From: Zancudomyces culisetae HAW-14-8
Taxonomy: Eukaryota; Fungi; Kickxellomycota
Length of the DNA stretch: 64,000 bases
Direction of reading: 5' to 3'
Assembly: GCA_052426225.1 (NCBI GenBank)
Contig: JBNJNM010000007.1
Span: 992,001 to 1,056,000 of the forward strand
Part shown: positions 47,163 through 58,519 of the stretch, one piece after another
Layout: each line of letters opens with the position of its first letter
How positions within the stretch are numbered: the stretch's first letter is position 1
The notes under the pieces: model-generated
What the model was told of the DNA's origin: nothing
What the model saw: only the letters and a program-made list of their open reading frames with translations
Databases searched by the model: none
Translations under genes and position numbers: made by a program

Positions 47163-47844
47163 ATGTTAAGTAAGGCATAGTATATTTGGTAGAATTAAAA
47201 ACTTTAAAGCTGAAAATCCAAACTAAATAATTTTTGTTTTAGATCTAAATGAATACAGCGATGAATCTCAAAAGTATGACAATGAAGACGAAATGTTTAT
47301 GGATGAGGAGCAGGAACAAGACGAAACAAGTGCCTCTGGGGAAAATTCGCAGAAAAGTAATAGTTTAGGATAAAACGACTGTTGTTAATAGTATAGCCAC
47401 ATAGTTGGAATTTTATTGATTTCAATTTTTTAAAAATGTACGCGTAAATAGAGCGAAGAAAGAGTGGTCTATTAACAACTGAAGAGAAAAAGGCCAACCA
47501 CATTGCTTCTGAGCAACGGCGAAGGCAAAACATTAGGGTAGGGTACGAAAAGTTGATTGCCATGGTTCCAACCCTGTCTGAAAATCAAAGGAGTGAAGGT
47601 GAAATACTGTCAAAGTGTAAGCCATTTTGTTGTCTCTCTTTTTTTTTGTGTATGTGTACACAAGAATACCGATAAGATATTGTATCCATAGATGGGTAAA
47701 TATGTGAAAAAGGTGCGAATATGATTTTAAATAAATATTTAATTACATGAACTTTTTGAACCCCGTACAGCGATAGAATATATAAAAAGCCTGATATATG
47801 AGAGAGACGAGTTGTTAGATAGGATTGATAGGCACAACAGTTGA
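47163..47844 (+). CDS. Small bHLH transcription factor, Ino4/Mlx-like (119 aa); exons 47163-47169, 47243-47356, 47452-47616, 47771-47844
   Basis: LLTTEEKKANHIASEQRRRQNIRVGYEKLIAMVPTL...RSEGEILSKSIEYIKSL; phase-consistent GT-AG introns. The first 7-nt exon is less certain. Confidence 0.85.
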
Positions 47845-48929
47845 AGATAAAAAGCATATCAGTTGATCAACTATCAGAGAGAAAAGGATGTTCTTCCATT
47901 TTTGTTTTTTAGCGTTGCTGTTCGTCCTTGGTGTATAGATTTAATGGCATTTGTAAATTATTGATAGTAAATAAACATTGTGAAATAAAAAAAGGAAAAA
48001 TGGTGAGCTTGGCTTTAGTACTGAGTATTTACCACCCCTTTCTTCCCCTACTTGAATTAACTTTTTATACTCTTTTTGCGGTTTATCTAAACTGAAATAC
48101 GTTTTCAAATGTAATTTGGTTAATATCTCAAGAAATTATGAACTTGAGGGTATTGATCAAGTTTTGAAAATTCAACTAACTTATGTTGTTTTGTATCCAA
48201 TATCCCCCCAAAAAACAGAGAGCTATATAAACAAAGATAAAAATGCCTCAAAAGTCATAGTGCATACATATTTTAGTACCTCCATTTAAAATTATACAAA
48301 TAAATTATATACTAAAAGTGAACAGGTGGAATTATTATATTCATAATGCATAGAGTAAGCTATAAAAATTTCTTTGTTTTTGTGGGACATGATACTTCGC
48401 CTAGTTGCTAAATTTAACGGAGAAAGTATTATTTTGTATGTTATAGTGTAATATGACCCTAACTGACATACACCTGGTAGGAATGTCTTGAAGAAACTGC
48501 ATTTGTTAATTAAGCATATCCAAAACCAAATGTGGTATCCAATTGCATGATCAAACAGGTTCAACATAAATACTTGAGTGTATTAGAATATTGTTCACAC
48601 TTTCACTCCCTTGCTTTTCATATTTTATTTGCTTTTTAATTATTTCAGTCCAAAATTAGTGGAAGGGGAATTTAAAGTTTGTTGAAAAACACCATAGATG
48701 GCTAATATGCACTAATCTTATACTACATTTTTCCTATGGTTGTTATATCGAATATAGCAATAAGCAAAATATCACATTAACCAGTGTTATATGCAGATAC
48801 CAGAGCCCTAATGAAAATCAGACCACGAGGACAATGGAAAGAGAAAACTGTTGGCTTTCTCTGTTACACCAACACATAATGTCTTGTCTATAATAGTATG
48901 CCCCTTTACCAAAACTATGGTCATATTAT

Positions 48930-48981
48930 TACTGTTGCTGTTATTGCTATTGCTATTGCTATTACTATTGCTATTGCTATT
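48930..48981. repeat. Degenerate (CTATTG)n hexamer repeat
   Basis: Seen directly; it produces the spurious poly-Leu ORF 48851-49114. Confidence 0.75.
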
Positions 48982-50704
48982 TTGGCAACTATTCTGTATA
49001 TCTTTATCTTCAGTTATAGACCTTTTTTTACAATCTTCCTTTAATCTATGTTACTTTCCTCTTCCTCTTTCTCTTTTAGCAGATTTTATGTATCAATTAT
49101 CTAATCATCACTGATTATAGCCATTATATGATGCTGATGTTAAGAACGTCATTATTACCATTTAATGATAAAGTATGTCATAATTATTTAAAACCTTCTA
49201 TGGAATTTCCTCAAATTTGAAACGCTGTAGAGCAAGAAAAGAAAAAAAAACAAGACAAAACAAAACAAAACAAATATATATCTACATCTAAGACGCTATT
49301 GTAGGAGTTCTGTTTTAAATAACACACCCAAGCTTAGAACATTCAGAAATATGCAAAGCAGAAAACTTTTTAATCACAGCAACTTTAACTTAAACAAAGC
49401 AATTTAAACGACCCAAAAGCGCTGATACAGTAGAGAAAGTAGATTCTCTGTGAATACTTATGATCTTTGAAAATGGTAAAGGTCACAAGTATATGTATCA
49501 TGTGGTATTAGAATAGCGTCGAGTGTACAGACATGACCGAGTAAAGTCTGCAATGCAGAGATTACTGATATTTGCGTGGATTTGGATATAGGTATAAATG
49601 CTATGATACATCAAATAAGCAGGTCACATTTACGAGTGACACTAATGGTGGTGTCATAATTCAATAACCAAGGCGCGGCTCACATTGTAATAACATTTGT
49701 GAAGTGGTCAAGTTGATACTGCAAACTTAGATAGTTGCTTGAATTGCGATACTTTAACAAAAAACACAACTATCAATACGCTACCAGAGGAAAAAAAAAA
49801 GAGAACTATATTTCAATACGCTCCCGAGGCCGGCTTCGCGCATTTGATCAGAGGAAATATCAACTAAAGTTTCTACTTAACATAAAGTCACCTCTTTGTA
49901 TTAAAAAATCACGACATAGACATACAAGCACGCTAATAATGCGGAGACATAACAAGACAATGTTATCTGAAACCAGATGGGCTATGAAAACCTCAGATTG
50001 GAGCTATTAATAGGACCGAAAGCTTTGACATAAACAGTTGGCTACAGATGACAATGTTATTTGTTAGTGCTTTTGTTGCTGGGATGAGGAAACTTGTGGT
50101 ATTGATGACAAATGAAGGTAGTTATATAATATTACCATTTTATTAAAAAAAAGCCTGATATAGGGAGAAAGTTATGAATACTTTCTTATCGATAAATTAT
50201 TATGTAACAGTAATAGTTTGTTTTTTTTGTACATGAAGCCAATCTTTGGATGTTGATGTTCAAGATAAACCTGGTGTTTTTTTTTCTTGTCGATTAAATG
50301 AAAATTTTGTTGAACTAATTATAATAAGAAAATCAAGATGGAAAGAAAAGATGAAACAAAATGAAATGCACATGATTTCAAAGCAAAAAAAAAATTAAGA
50401 ATTAAAATAATTGGTGTTACAATTTTGAAAAAGTTGGGACAAGGCTTTTATTAAGGCTATTTCAATCAGTACGTTTTTGGACTATATTTCATCCTTCAAA
50501 AAAAATTACCGCAAATTGGAGGGTGGAGGAGGGTGCAACAGAAAGGCAAATTCCGGGAAATGAGAATTTGATGCACAAGCTCGTTTGAGTGTCATGATGA
50601 ATGGTAAAGCATTTAGTGATACTGGAAAAACAATTGAAAAGTATTTGTTTCAGCTTTGTGAAGAGAAAACAAAAAATTGTAACGTTTTGGATAAATTACC
50701 AAAG

Positions 50705-50711
50705 TGAGTCA
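50705..50711. promoter_or_regulatory. Gcn4/AP-1 consensus TGAGTCA upstream of the GCN4-like gene
   Basis: Exact heptamer match; function is inferred only. Confidence 0.35.
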
Positions 50712-51504
50712 CTAACAGCGAATAGTTTATTAGTGATTTTGGCAATTGTTGATAGACCGCACAAGTCCATCATCATTAAAATAATATAAATTCGACGGAT
50801 AGGGGGAGAGGAGCAAGATATTGACCATGTTTTATTTCTGAATTTTTTTTTAGTTTAAATGAACGAGCAGCTAATAGATGGTTTTTTATTTTTTTGCGAC
50901 ATTTTATTTGCATTAGTGGAGGTAATGGTATAAAAAATAAATTAAAAATGGAGTTAAGGGGGGGGAAGGCTTTAAACAATGAAATTGCAAAATTAACACT
51001 TGAAAGCACAATGCAAAAATACCATGCTTCAGACTATAAAGAATTTTTGATTTTTTGGGCCACAAACAGCAAATAAATTAACACAATTTTTGATGGATGT
51101 TCACTTTTTTTTTCTTGGTTTGTAATAAATTTACGTGAAAATTTACCAGTGAAATAAATGTGTGTTCAAAAAAGGAAATAAGATAAAATTATGCTGAAAT
51201 TTGTGTATGTTCATGTTATTGGCTGGAAAACTAATTTGGATTATTCAATTTTTCTCTCTATTTAACTAAAGGATGCCTTAATTCCAAAATTGAGTAAAAA
51301 TGAGAAAAAATTTTTTTTTTGTATTTATATGTGGGTCAGAGCCAAATGCCGAGGTTTCTTTTTTCTACAAACAGAATTTTCTCAACTAAAAACAAACACA
51401 GGAATCAAGATAAAGTAAAATAACAGATATTGAAAGCAATAAGCAACTTGAACTTTTTTAAAGTGAACACAGTAATAGTATTAAAATAATTGAAAACCTT
51501 CTGA

Positions 51505-51757
51505 ATGCACTCAGCCAAAATGTTTTAAGTAACATAAATCCGTAATTAACAACGTATATATAATATAAACCTTTTGAACCTGTTGTAATCGTAACGATTA
51601 TTGTAATCAACATGTTTGGAAAATCTGTATATAAAGAAGACATGAAAATGTTCATTCGAAAACGAAATAAACCTTGAAGTAGTCAACAACTTAGTTTGGA
51701 AACCACAAGGAAACGAGTATACAAAATGTATCGGTAGTAAAAATGAAATCAAACTAA
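51505..51757 (+). promoter_or_regulatory. uORF cluster in the GCN4-like leader
   Basis: uORF1 51505/51520-51528 (MHSAKMF* or MF*); uORF2 51612-51677 (21 aa); uORF3 51726-51737 (MYR*); uORF4 51743-51757 (MKSN*). No ATG between 51758 and 52043. Confidence 0.7.
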
Positions 51758-52043
51758 CTTTTAGAACAAACACATTGTATTTTTTCCTTTTTAGTTAAAA
51801 AAACAAAAAAATAGATCCATTAGAGAAAAAAAGAGGGATTTTTTTATAAAGAGCTAATTTTAGCCAAGAACCTGTCAAACAAAGAAGAAAAGTTTAAAAA
51901 AAGAAAGTAGGATAAAGAAGATAGTGAAAGGATAAAATATTCATTGTGCAAAGAAGATAGCATCAAGGAATTGTTGAGATAAAGTTAATCATTGATAAGT
52001 GATCGTAAGGATTGATTCGAAAAAACCAAGTAATAGTATAAAG

Positions 52044-53147
52044 ATGGACAGTATTGCAAACAATAAAGCGCTGCAGCAAATGTATATGAACCTCATCCAA
52101 AGCCTCAGTGCAGAACCCAAACCAGCTGAAACACAGATTCAGTTTGATTTGCCTGCTACTGGGCTGGATTTGGGAGGAATCATTGGCACCGGTGTATGTG
52201 ATAGCCCCACCAGTTATCCTGTAAAGGACGAAGTGTCGCTTTCAGACATTTTGCTTTCTAGTGGTACCCCTTCGATGTTTGCCAGCCCTGCAATTGAGTC
52301 AGTTAACTCTAGAAGCATGATTGACTTGAGCAATCCAAGTATTTTCGGGACTACTGGGTTGAAAGCATCTGCAAGCGGCTCCATTGAAGCATTCGGAGGC
52401 TCCGGTATCATTGGTGCCGATTTATTACCACTAACACCTGATATACTTGGCCATGCTTCTGATTCAGGATGTGCTGGTCTTTTTGGAACCTTTTCGAGTC
52501 CAGGCACCGATTTTCTGTCTGGCTTGAACACTCCTGATTCAGTAGCTGTAAACACTATTGGTCAACTGGACTTGGATGCAGGTCTCTTTTCATCAGCAAT
52601 GCGCTCAGAACTGTCAGACAGCAACAACATCAAACCAGAAGCGGGTAGAAAGAGACTGGCTGAAGATGTTTCGGCTGCTGATGAGTACATACTTCGTTCT
52701 GACAGTCGATTCAACTCGTCGCTCCCACCGCAACTTGCCCTAAAGCGGAAGCGAGCCAGATCGACAAAGTATCTCTGCGCACTAAAGGAAATGATAGATT
52801 CAGATGCTAGCCAAAAGACATCACCTGATGCCTCCAAGCCTGGAAAAGAAGATCCTAAAGTCAGCCCAGAAAATGTCCAGACCACTCGTAACAAGAACAC
52901 TGATGCAGCTCGACGATCGCGTCTGCGGAAAGCGCTTCGTCTGGATTCTCTGGAAAAACAGGTGGTTACTCTTGAGGCTGAAAACACCAAGTTGCGCGAT
53001 GAACTCAAAGTTTACGAGTCTGAAAAATCTAAATTTGCTGAACGTGAAGAGTTGCTCCGAGATCATATCCGGTCAATGAACGCAATTATTTCTTCATTGT
53101 TTGGTAAAGACTTTTCTGGCTCAAGTGCCATCTTGAACAAAAAGTGA
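52044..53147 (+). CDS. GCN4: General amino-acid-control bZIP activator Gcn4/CpcA homologue
   Basis: Basic region RNKNTDAARRSRLRK (Gcn4 RARNTEAARRSRARK) plus leucine zipper; S/acidic-hydrophobic activation region. First ATG is 52044; the track start at 51999 is GTG. Confidence 0.85.
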   Translation: MDSIANNKALQQMYMNLIQSLSAEPKPAETQIQFDLPATGLDLGGIIGTGVCDSPTSYPVKDEVSLSDILLSSGTPSMFASPAIESVNSRSMIDLSNPSIFGTTGLKASASGSIEAFGGSGIIGADLLPLTPDILGHASDSGCAGLFGTFSSPGTDFLSGLNTPDSVAVNTIGQLDLDAGLFSSAMRSELSDSNNIKPEAGRKRLAEDVSAADEYILRSDSRFNSSLPPQLALKRKRARSTKYLCALKEMIDSDASQKTSPDASKPGKEDPKVSPENVQTTRNKNTDAARRSRLRKALRLDSLEKQVVTLEAENTKLRDELKVYESEKSKFAEREELLRDHIRSMNAIISSLFGKDFSGSSAILNKK

Positions 53148-56100
53148 CTTCAATCTGTAAAAAAATGCAAAGAAATCCTTCACTGGAACGAAAGTTTTTT
53201 ATCTGTTATACTACCTTATTAATATGATCAACATGAAATCGCATAAAAAATACAAAAGAGAAAAAATACAAAAAAAAAATCCATCAATACCACTGACATT
53301 TTATATACTCGTAATCACTATTAGTACTTAATTCTAGTCCTTAATTTAATAAAAACCTTACTTCTAAAACCACCTCTGCTTTTGACCCATCTCGCCGTTT
53401 TCCATTTTATTTTTCGTGAAGCCCCGTCCATCCAATTACTGATGATGGTTGCTGCAAACACAGTTTGGTGATTGGCAATTTCACACAATCATGGATAAAT
53501 AAAATAAAGAGAACAATGCTTAGTTGTGTTAGGGGGGAGTGGAGTGAATGGAGAGGGAGGGAGAGAGAGAAAGGGCGGAATAAACATTACAAGAAAAAAA
53601 AAGCCATATTCATCTGGTTTTCTGTAAAAAAAAGTATTCAAAGTTTGATATTTTCCATATTGGACTAAAGTATATTTAGCTGGATATAAAAGGAACTAAA
53701 TTTATTATTATTTATAATAATGCACTTCTAGTTGTAATACATTAACGTTAACATTAGCTAGGTATGTTGATACTTTCCAAATAACTATATGAAAGTCACG
53801 TCATCCTGAGCAGGGTTTACCTTGAACTTATTTATATATTTACCAAACGACCTTTGAATGAAATGTGTTAAACATTATTTCACTGAACTTGGTATTGAGT
53901 TTATTCACTTTCACGTTTATTGCTTATTCTCAAAAAGAATATTATATAAAGTATGGGTTATTTGCATTTATATCACAGGATTGAAATACAAATTGATATC
54001 CAATCCTCACTTGAAGCACCATATACTCATATTTACTCGGAGAACATACAATTTTAAATATTACACATCCGCAAGAAATATTAATACTTTTTATCTACTA
54101 CGTACTTACAACCAGTATTTTTTTGAGAGTAAATGGTAATTGCTTGAGTGGTATACAAAGATTATGTCCACAGAAAAACAGATATTGTAACCACTTTTCT
54201 ATAAAAATGTTAGAACATATACCATTATTGATTTGCTTGTGAAGCAGCGCAACCAAAAATGCTGTAATATAAATAGACAATCAAAGATAGTGTTGAACAT
54301 ATATTTCTTAAATTCCGGTTATTCAAGTATACTGAAGCTACATTTGTGTTTCAAAATGTGCACATACTACACCAGGTATATGTTTGAAACATACGTTCAT
54401 GAAAACAAGATATGCTCCATTACAAGAGATATATTCAAAGTGGCACAAAAGAGCTTCATTTACCTTCCCTCATAAGAATAAATGTAACTTTCGGTTTACG
54501 GCGTGGCAGCAACGAATGCTAGCACAAAAACGGAGGTTTCACAAACAAGCTTTTAAATTATTTTGTGTGTGAACTCGGCAATTTATATATAGCCCACTTA
54601 CAAAATAAGCAGAGTGTGTGTTAGTCAAGAAGTAAAAGTATGCTTATGAAAAGTATTTGTTCTTATTTTATATACAATCTCCCTTCTCCCGTTTTTGTTC
54701 TTGGGATTGTGTAGGTGGCGAGAGTAGATGTTTTATTTTGTTTCTTACTACAGCTATTCTCAGGTATGGACAGTGTATTTTGCTATTTTTTATTTCAACT
54801 TTAAAATCAAACTAAGCTTGTAGTAGTCGCGGTCTATTCAGCTAAATTAGTTTTTTTCTGAAAATAATAATAGTCTGGAGATACAACATGTGGAGGTATC
54901 TAACTAACATAAAGCTGAAGAGTTAAATATGAGCAGTAAATAAAGTGAAAGTTTAAAATCATATGTAAGCTATATTGTGCCAGATAGTTCTGCATCGTAC
55001 AGTCAGAAATACAAATAGTATAGTAACATTAATAGATCTTGAAGGTGATTTTGGGAGTGGATATAATGATAAGTACATGTGAATTGGCTCAGGAAGCAAA
55101 ATTCTACTGGCTTTGGGAACCTTGTCGTCCCAAACACTGTCCTAGGCCAACAACGATGCAAACTTGCAAATAAATATTTATTATAGATCCGATTTTTTTT
55201 AGTATTTATTTACTTTTTTTTTTTTTTGGTAATTTCAAATCATTGTAATCGTTGCAGACTCCACTTTTAGCGAGAATTGGTGTAACAAAATGATTGATGG
55301 GGAGAAACAATGAGATGGGGGTAAACAAGAGAAAAGCTGGACAAAGCAGGGGTAGACAACCTTTGAGTTTCATAATGAAAAAATAATCACAAATTTCAAA
55401 GACAAACACCAGTCTTAATAAAAGATTTATGATGGTATAGGCTGTTATACTAGTTCATTCTAGTTGTATAGGAAACAGATAGGTGTGGTGGAGGGAGAAG
55501 GGGCGAGTCTGGAATTTCTCATGTTTCAAAAACAATATTTCACGCTGATCTTTTTGGCGCTTTTATCGAGATTTTTTTACTTTTAAACGAAAATTACGTA
55601 ACACAAAGTAGATGATGATTATTACGTTTTCAAAACTAGAACAATTTGACAAATTTTTAGGTCCCAAGTTGGAGTTTATTTAATCTTTTGGAGGTTATTT
55701 GGATAAAATAGATATTGTAAATTGATGCTATACGTCCACTAAAATAAACGGCTATAATTATTTTTTTCCTGATTTAGCAGCAATTGCTAGCCTTTGGAGG
55801 TATAAAAAAGCCAGCAATTAAATACATTTTAAATTCACCCTTGATTTCAATATTTTTATACTGATTATAGATGCCAAAATGTTATATAAAGTGTCACTTT
55901 ACATAGTAGGATTTACGTAAAAATATACATAACAATAAAAGAGATAAAAAACGCAAGTTTACACCTCCTCTCAGCTCCTACCAATATAGAGCCCAGTTAT
56001 TGAGCTAATGACAAGATAAAGTGCGGGATTAATTTGATGTTCGAAACTCACTCATAAAAGCGAGTTTTAAAAAAAAACTTTCATACTGGCGTATTAAAAT

Positions 56101-56635
56101 ACCTACAGTTTACTACGATCTTCTGATTCATATGATGAAACCAAATGGATGTAATCATTAACCGTTTTAAGAGACTACAATTATATTTTCTTTCATGCTG
56201 CCCGTGATAATGTAACCAAAGCACAAGCATCCAAGTATTAGTAAATTTTGTTTATAACAAAAGTTAGGTTATGTGAAACAAAGTCAAATTGCACTTATAA
56301 GTAAGTTTAAAAACTAATATATTTTTTAGTGTTTGAAGGGAGTGTGATCTAGGCAAACCAATAATATATAAAAAGCAAGCAAATTTTACTAAGTATCATG
56401 GTTTCTTGGACGTGCTATTAATTGGGATTACAGATTCTAATAACCATTTAAAAAAAATTTTTTTCCTTGTTAAAACTAGTAATTCGTATAAAAATAGTTA
56501 GAAAGCCAGGTTAACTCAAAAAATTAAACGTTAATGTTCATTATTGCATAGCCAGAAAAGAGATCATATACCAAGCATTGATAAAAGGAGACAAATAAAA
56601 TACACACAACCGAAAAAGATATCCCATTGTTACAA

Positions 56636-58094
56636 ATGAACAAACAAGAAACAGTAATAAATGTTGGAGAAGTAAGAGATGAGGAAAAAAATGGAAGTGA
56701 ACAAGGCGGTTCACTTCAGCGATGCGGAAATGGCTACAATCAGGCGGGGTATCCGCAAAGCCGACTTTCGTGTGATTCCAATCATGTACCTGCTGTACCT
56801 TGCCAGCGCCATGGACCGTGGTAACGTCGGAACTGCAATGATCAATGGGATGGTACAGAAACTTGACCTGTCACCTGCTGATCAGGGTAACGTCACATCG
56901 TTGTTGTTCGTTACCTATATCGCTCTAGAGCCGTTTTCCAATGTTTTACTTAAACGCACGCGCCCATCAATATGGTTCCCAATTCTCAGTATCGGATGGG
57001 CAATTGCGTGTATGTGTCTTGCTGCTGCAACAAATGCAACACAAGCTATAATTATTCGATTAATTGTCGGTGGATTTGAAGCTGGTTTTACGCCTGGTCT
57101 GATTACATACATGGCGTACTGGTACACACGCGAGGAGTTGGGTCCCCGCATGTCCATCATGTTTTCTGCGCTTCCTGCATCAGGAATTGTTAACCTGCTG
57201 TATGGCGCACTTGTACTTATTAAAATTAACAATTTGATACCATACCAATCAATCTTTATCTTTGGTGGTCTTCTCACATTGCTTGTTGGTATTGCCTCAA
57301 TCTTTATGATCCAGGACTATCCCGAACAGGTTAAATTCCTAACTGAAGAGGAGCGAGCACTTATTGTCAAACGGTTGAATGCTAGCCAGGGAAGCGCTGC
57401 AAAGTCCCGAATTTCGATCAAGTCCATCATCGAAACACTTTTAGACTGGCGAGTGTGGGCGTTTGCATTACTCAACATGTCACGTAACAACGCACTTTCA
57501 ATCATTGGCTTTATTGGGCCTACTATCATTAGAGGGCTCAAGTATTCCAGCTCAACTTCCACATTTTTGACAGCTATCGTCTCTGTTATTGGTGTTATAG
57601 GTGCAGTGGTATTTGCATTTTTCTTTAAAAAGACCAAGTATTGGATCCGTATCCTGACACTGGATCTTTTCTCGGCTTTGAGTCTTGCAATAGTCGCCTA
57701 CGCCACAAACAGCAAACTACGTCTCGCATTTCTCTTTATTGGAGGATTTCCAATTTTTGCCGTTGTTCCAATCACAATGAGTTGGATGTCAGTAAACTCA
57801 GGCAGTACACAAAAGCGCGCTCTTTCGTCAGCTGCTTATATGATGGTTGGTAGTGCTGCAGGGATGGTCACTCCATACCTATTTACCACGAAAACAGCAC
57901 CCAAGTTTGTGACCGGATATGCGTATGCATTTTCGTTGTATGGTGTTTCTCTTATAATTGTCTTTTTGCTGACAGTTAGTTTCAAACGTGCAAACAAACA
58001 GAGAGATTCAAATCCAAAGGATGTATCACACTTGAGTCCCGAGGAGCAGCGAGCCATGCATGACTTCCATCCCAATTTCAGATACATGATTTAG
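56636..58094 (+). CDS. MFS transporter, anion:cation symporter (Dal5/Tna1-like) family
   Basis: RKADFRVIP, MDRGNVGTA, RLIVGGFEAGF.PG, WYTREELGPR, FLTEEER, PNFRY. The uninterrupted ORF starts at 56679; a start at 56636 needs one A removed from A7 at 56685-56691. Confidence 0.92.
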
Positions 58095-58190
58095 AAATTT
58101 TGCGAGATAAAAGATATTTTAATAATTTATTATAGTAATGTTGGTAGTACAAATTCGCTAAAGAATAAGTAAAAATATTAATAAACATAA

Positions 58191-58479
58191 TTAAGGAAGA
58201 GAAGGAACTGATTTTTTGTCCTTTTTTTTTCGTTTGGTGTTGCTGGTTGCGGGAATAGGAGGGGTAGTGTTAGGGTAAGGATTAACCGATGGGCCGAGAT
58301 TCTGGCTCTGGTTCTGGCTGTGATTGGAATTGGAATTAGGATTAGGATTAGAGTTAAGATTAGGATTTAGATTAGGGTTCGGTGCATAAATTTGTGGTTG
58401 GCGAGGATAGGTGTAGTTTCTGGCCATATGATGGGGAGGGGGTGGAAGGAGGGAAGAATGAGGATGTTGTTGGTGTTGG

Positions 58480-58519
<40 letters not shown>

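Noticed and set aside
55083-55155. Hairpin with ACA 15 nt from the upper stem (H/ACA-like), containing an 8-nt match to the 18S 5' end
   Set aside because: No convincing 5' hairpin and H box, and the two pocket strands do not define a coherent target.
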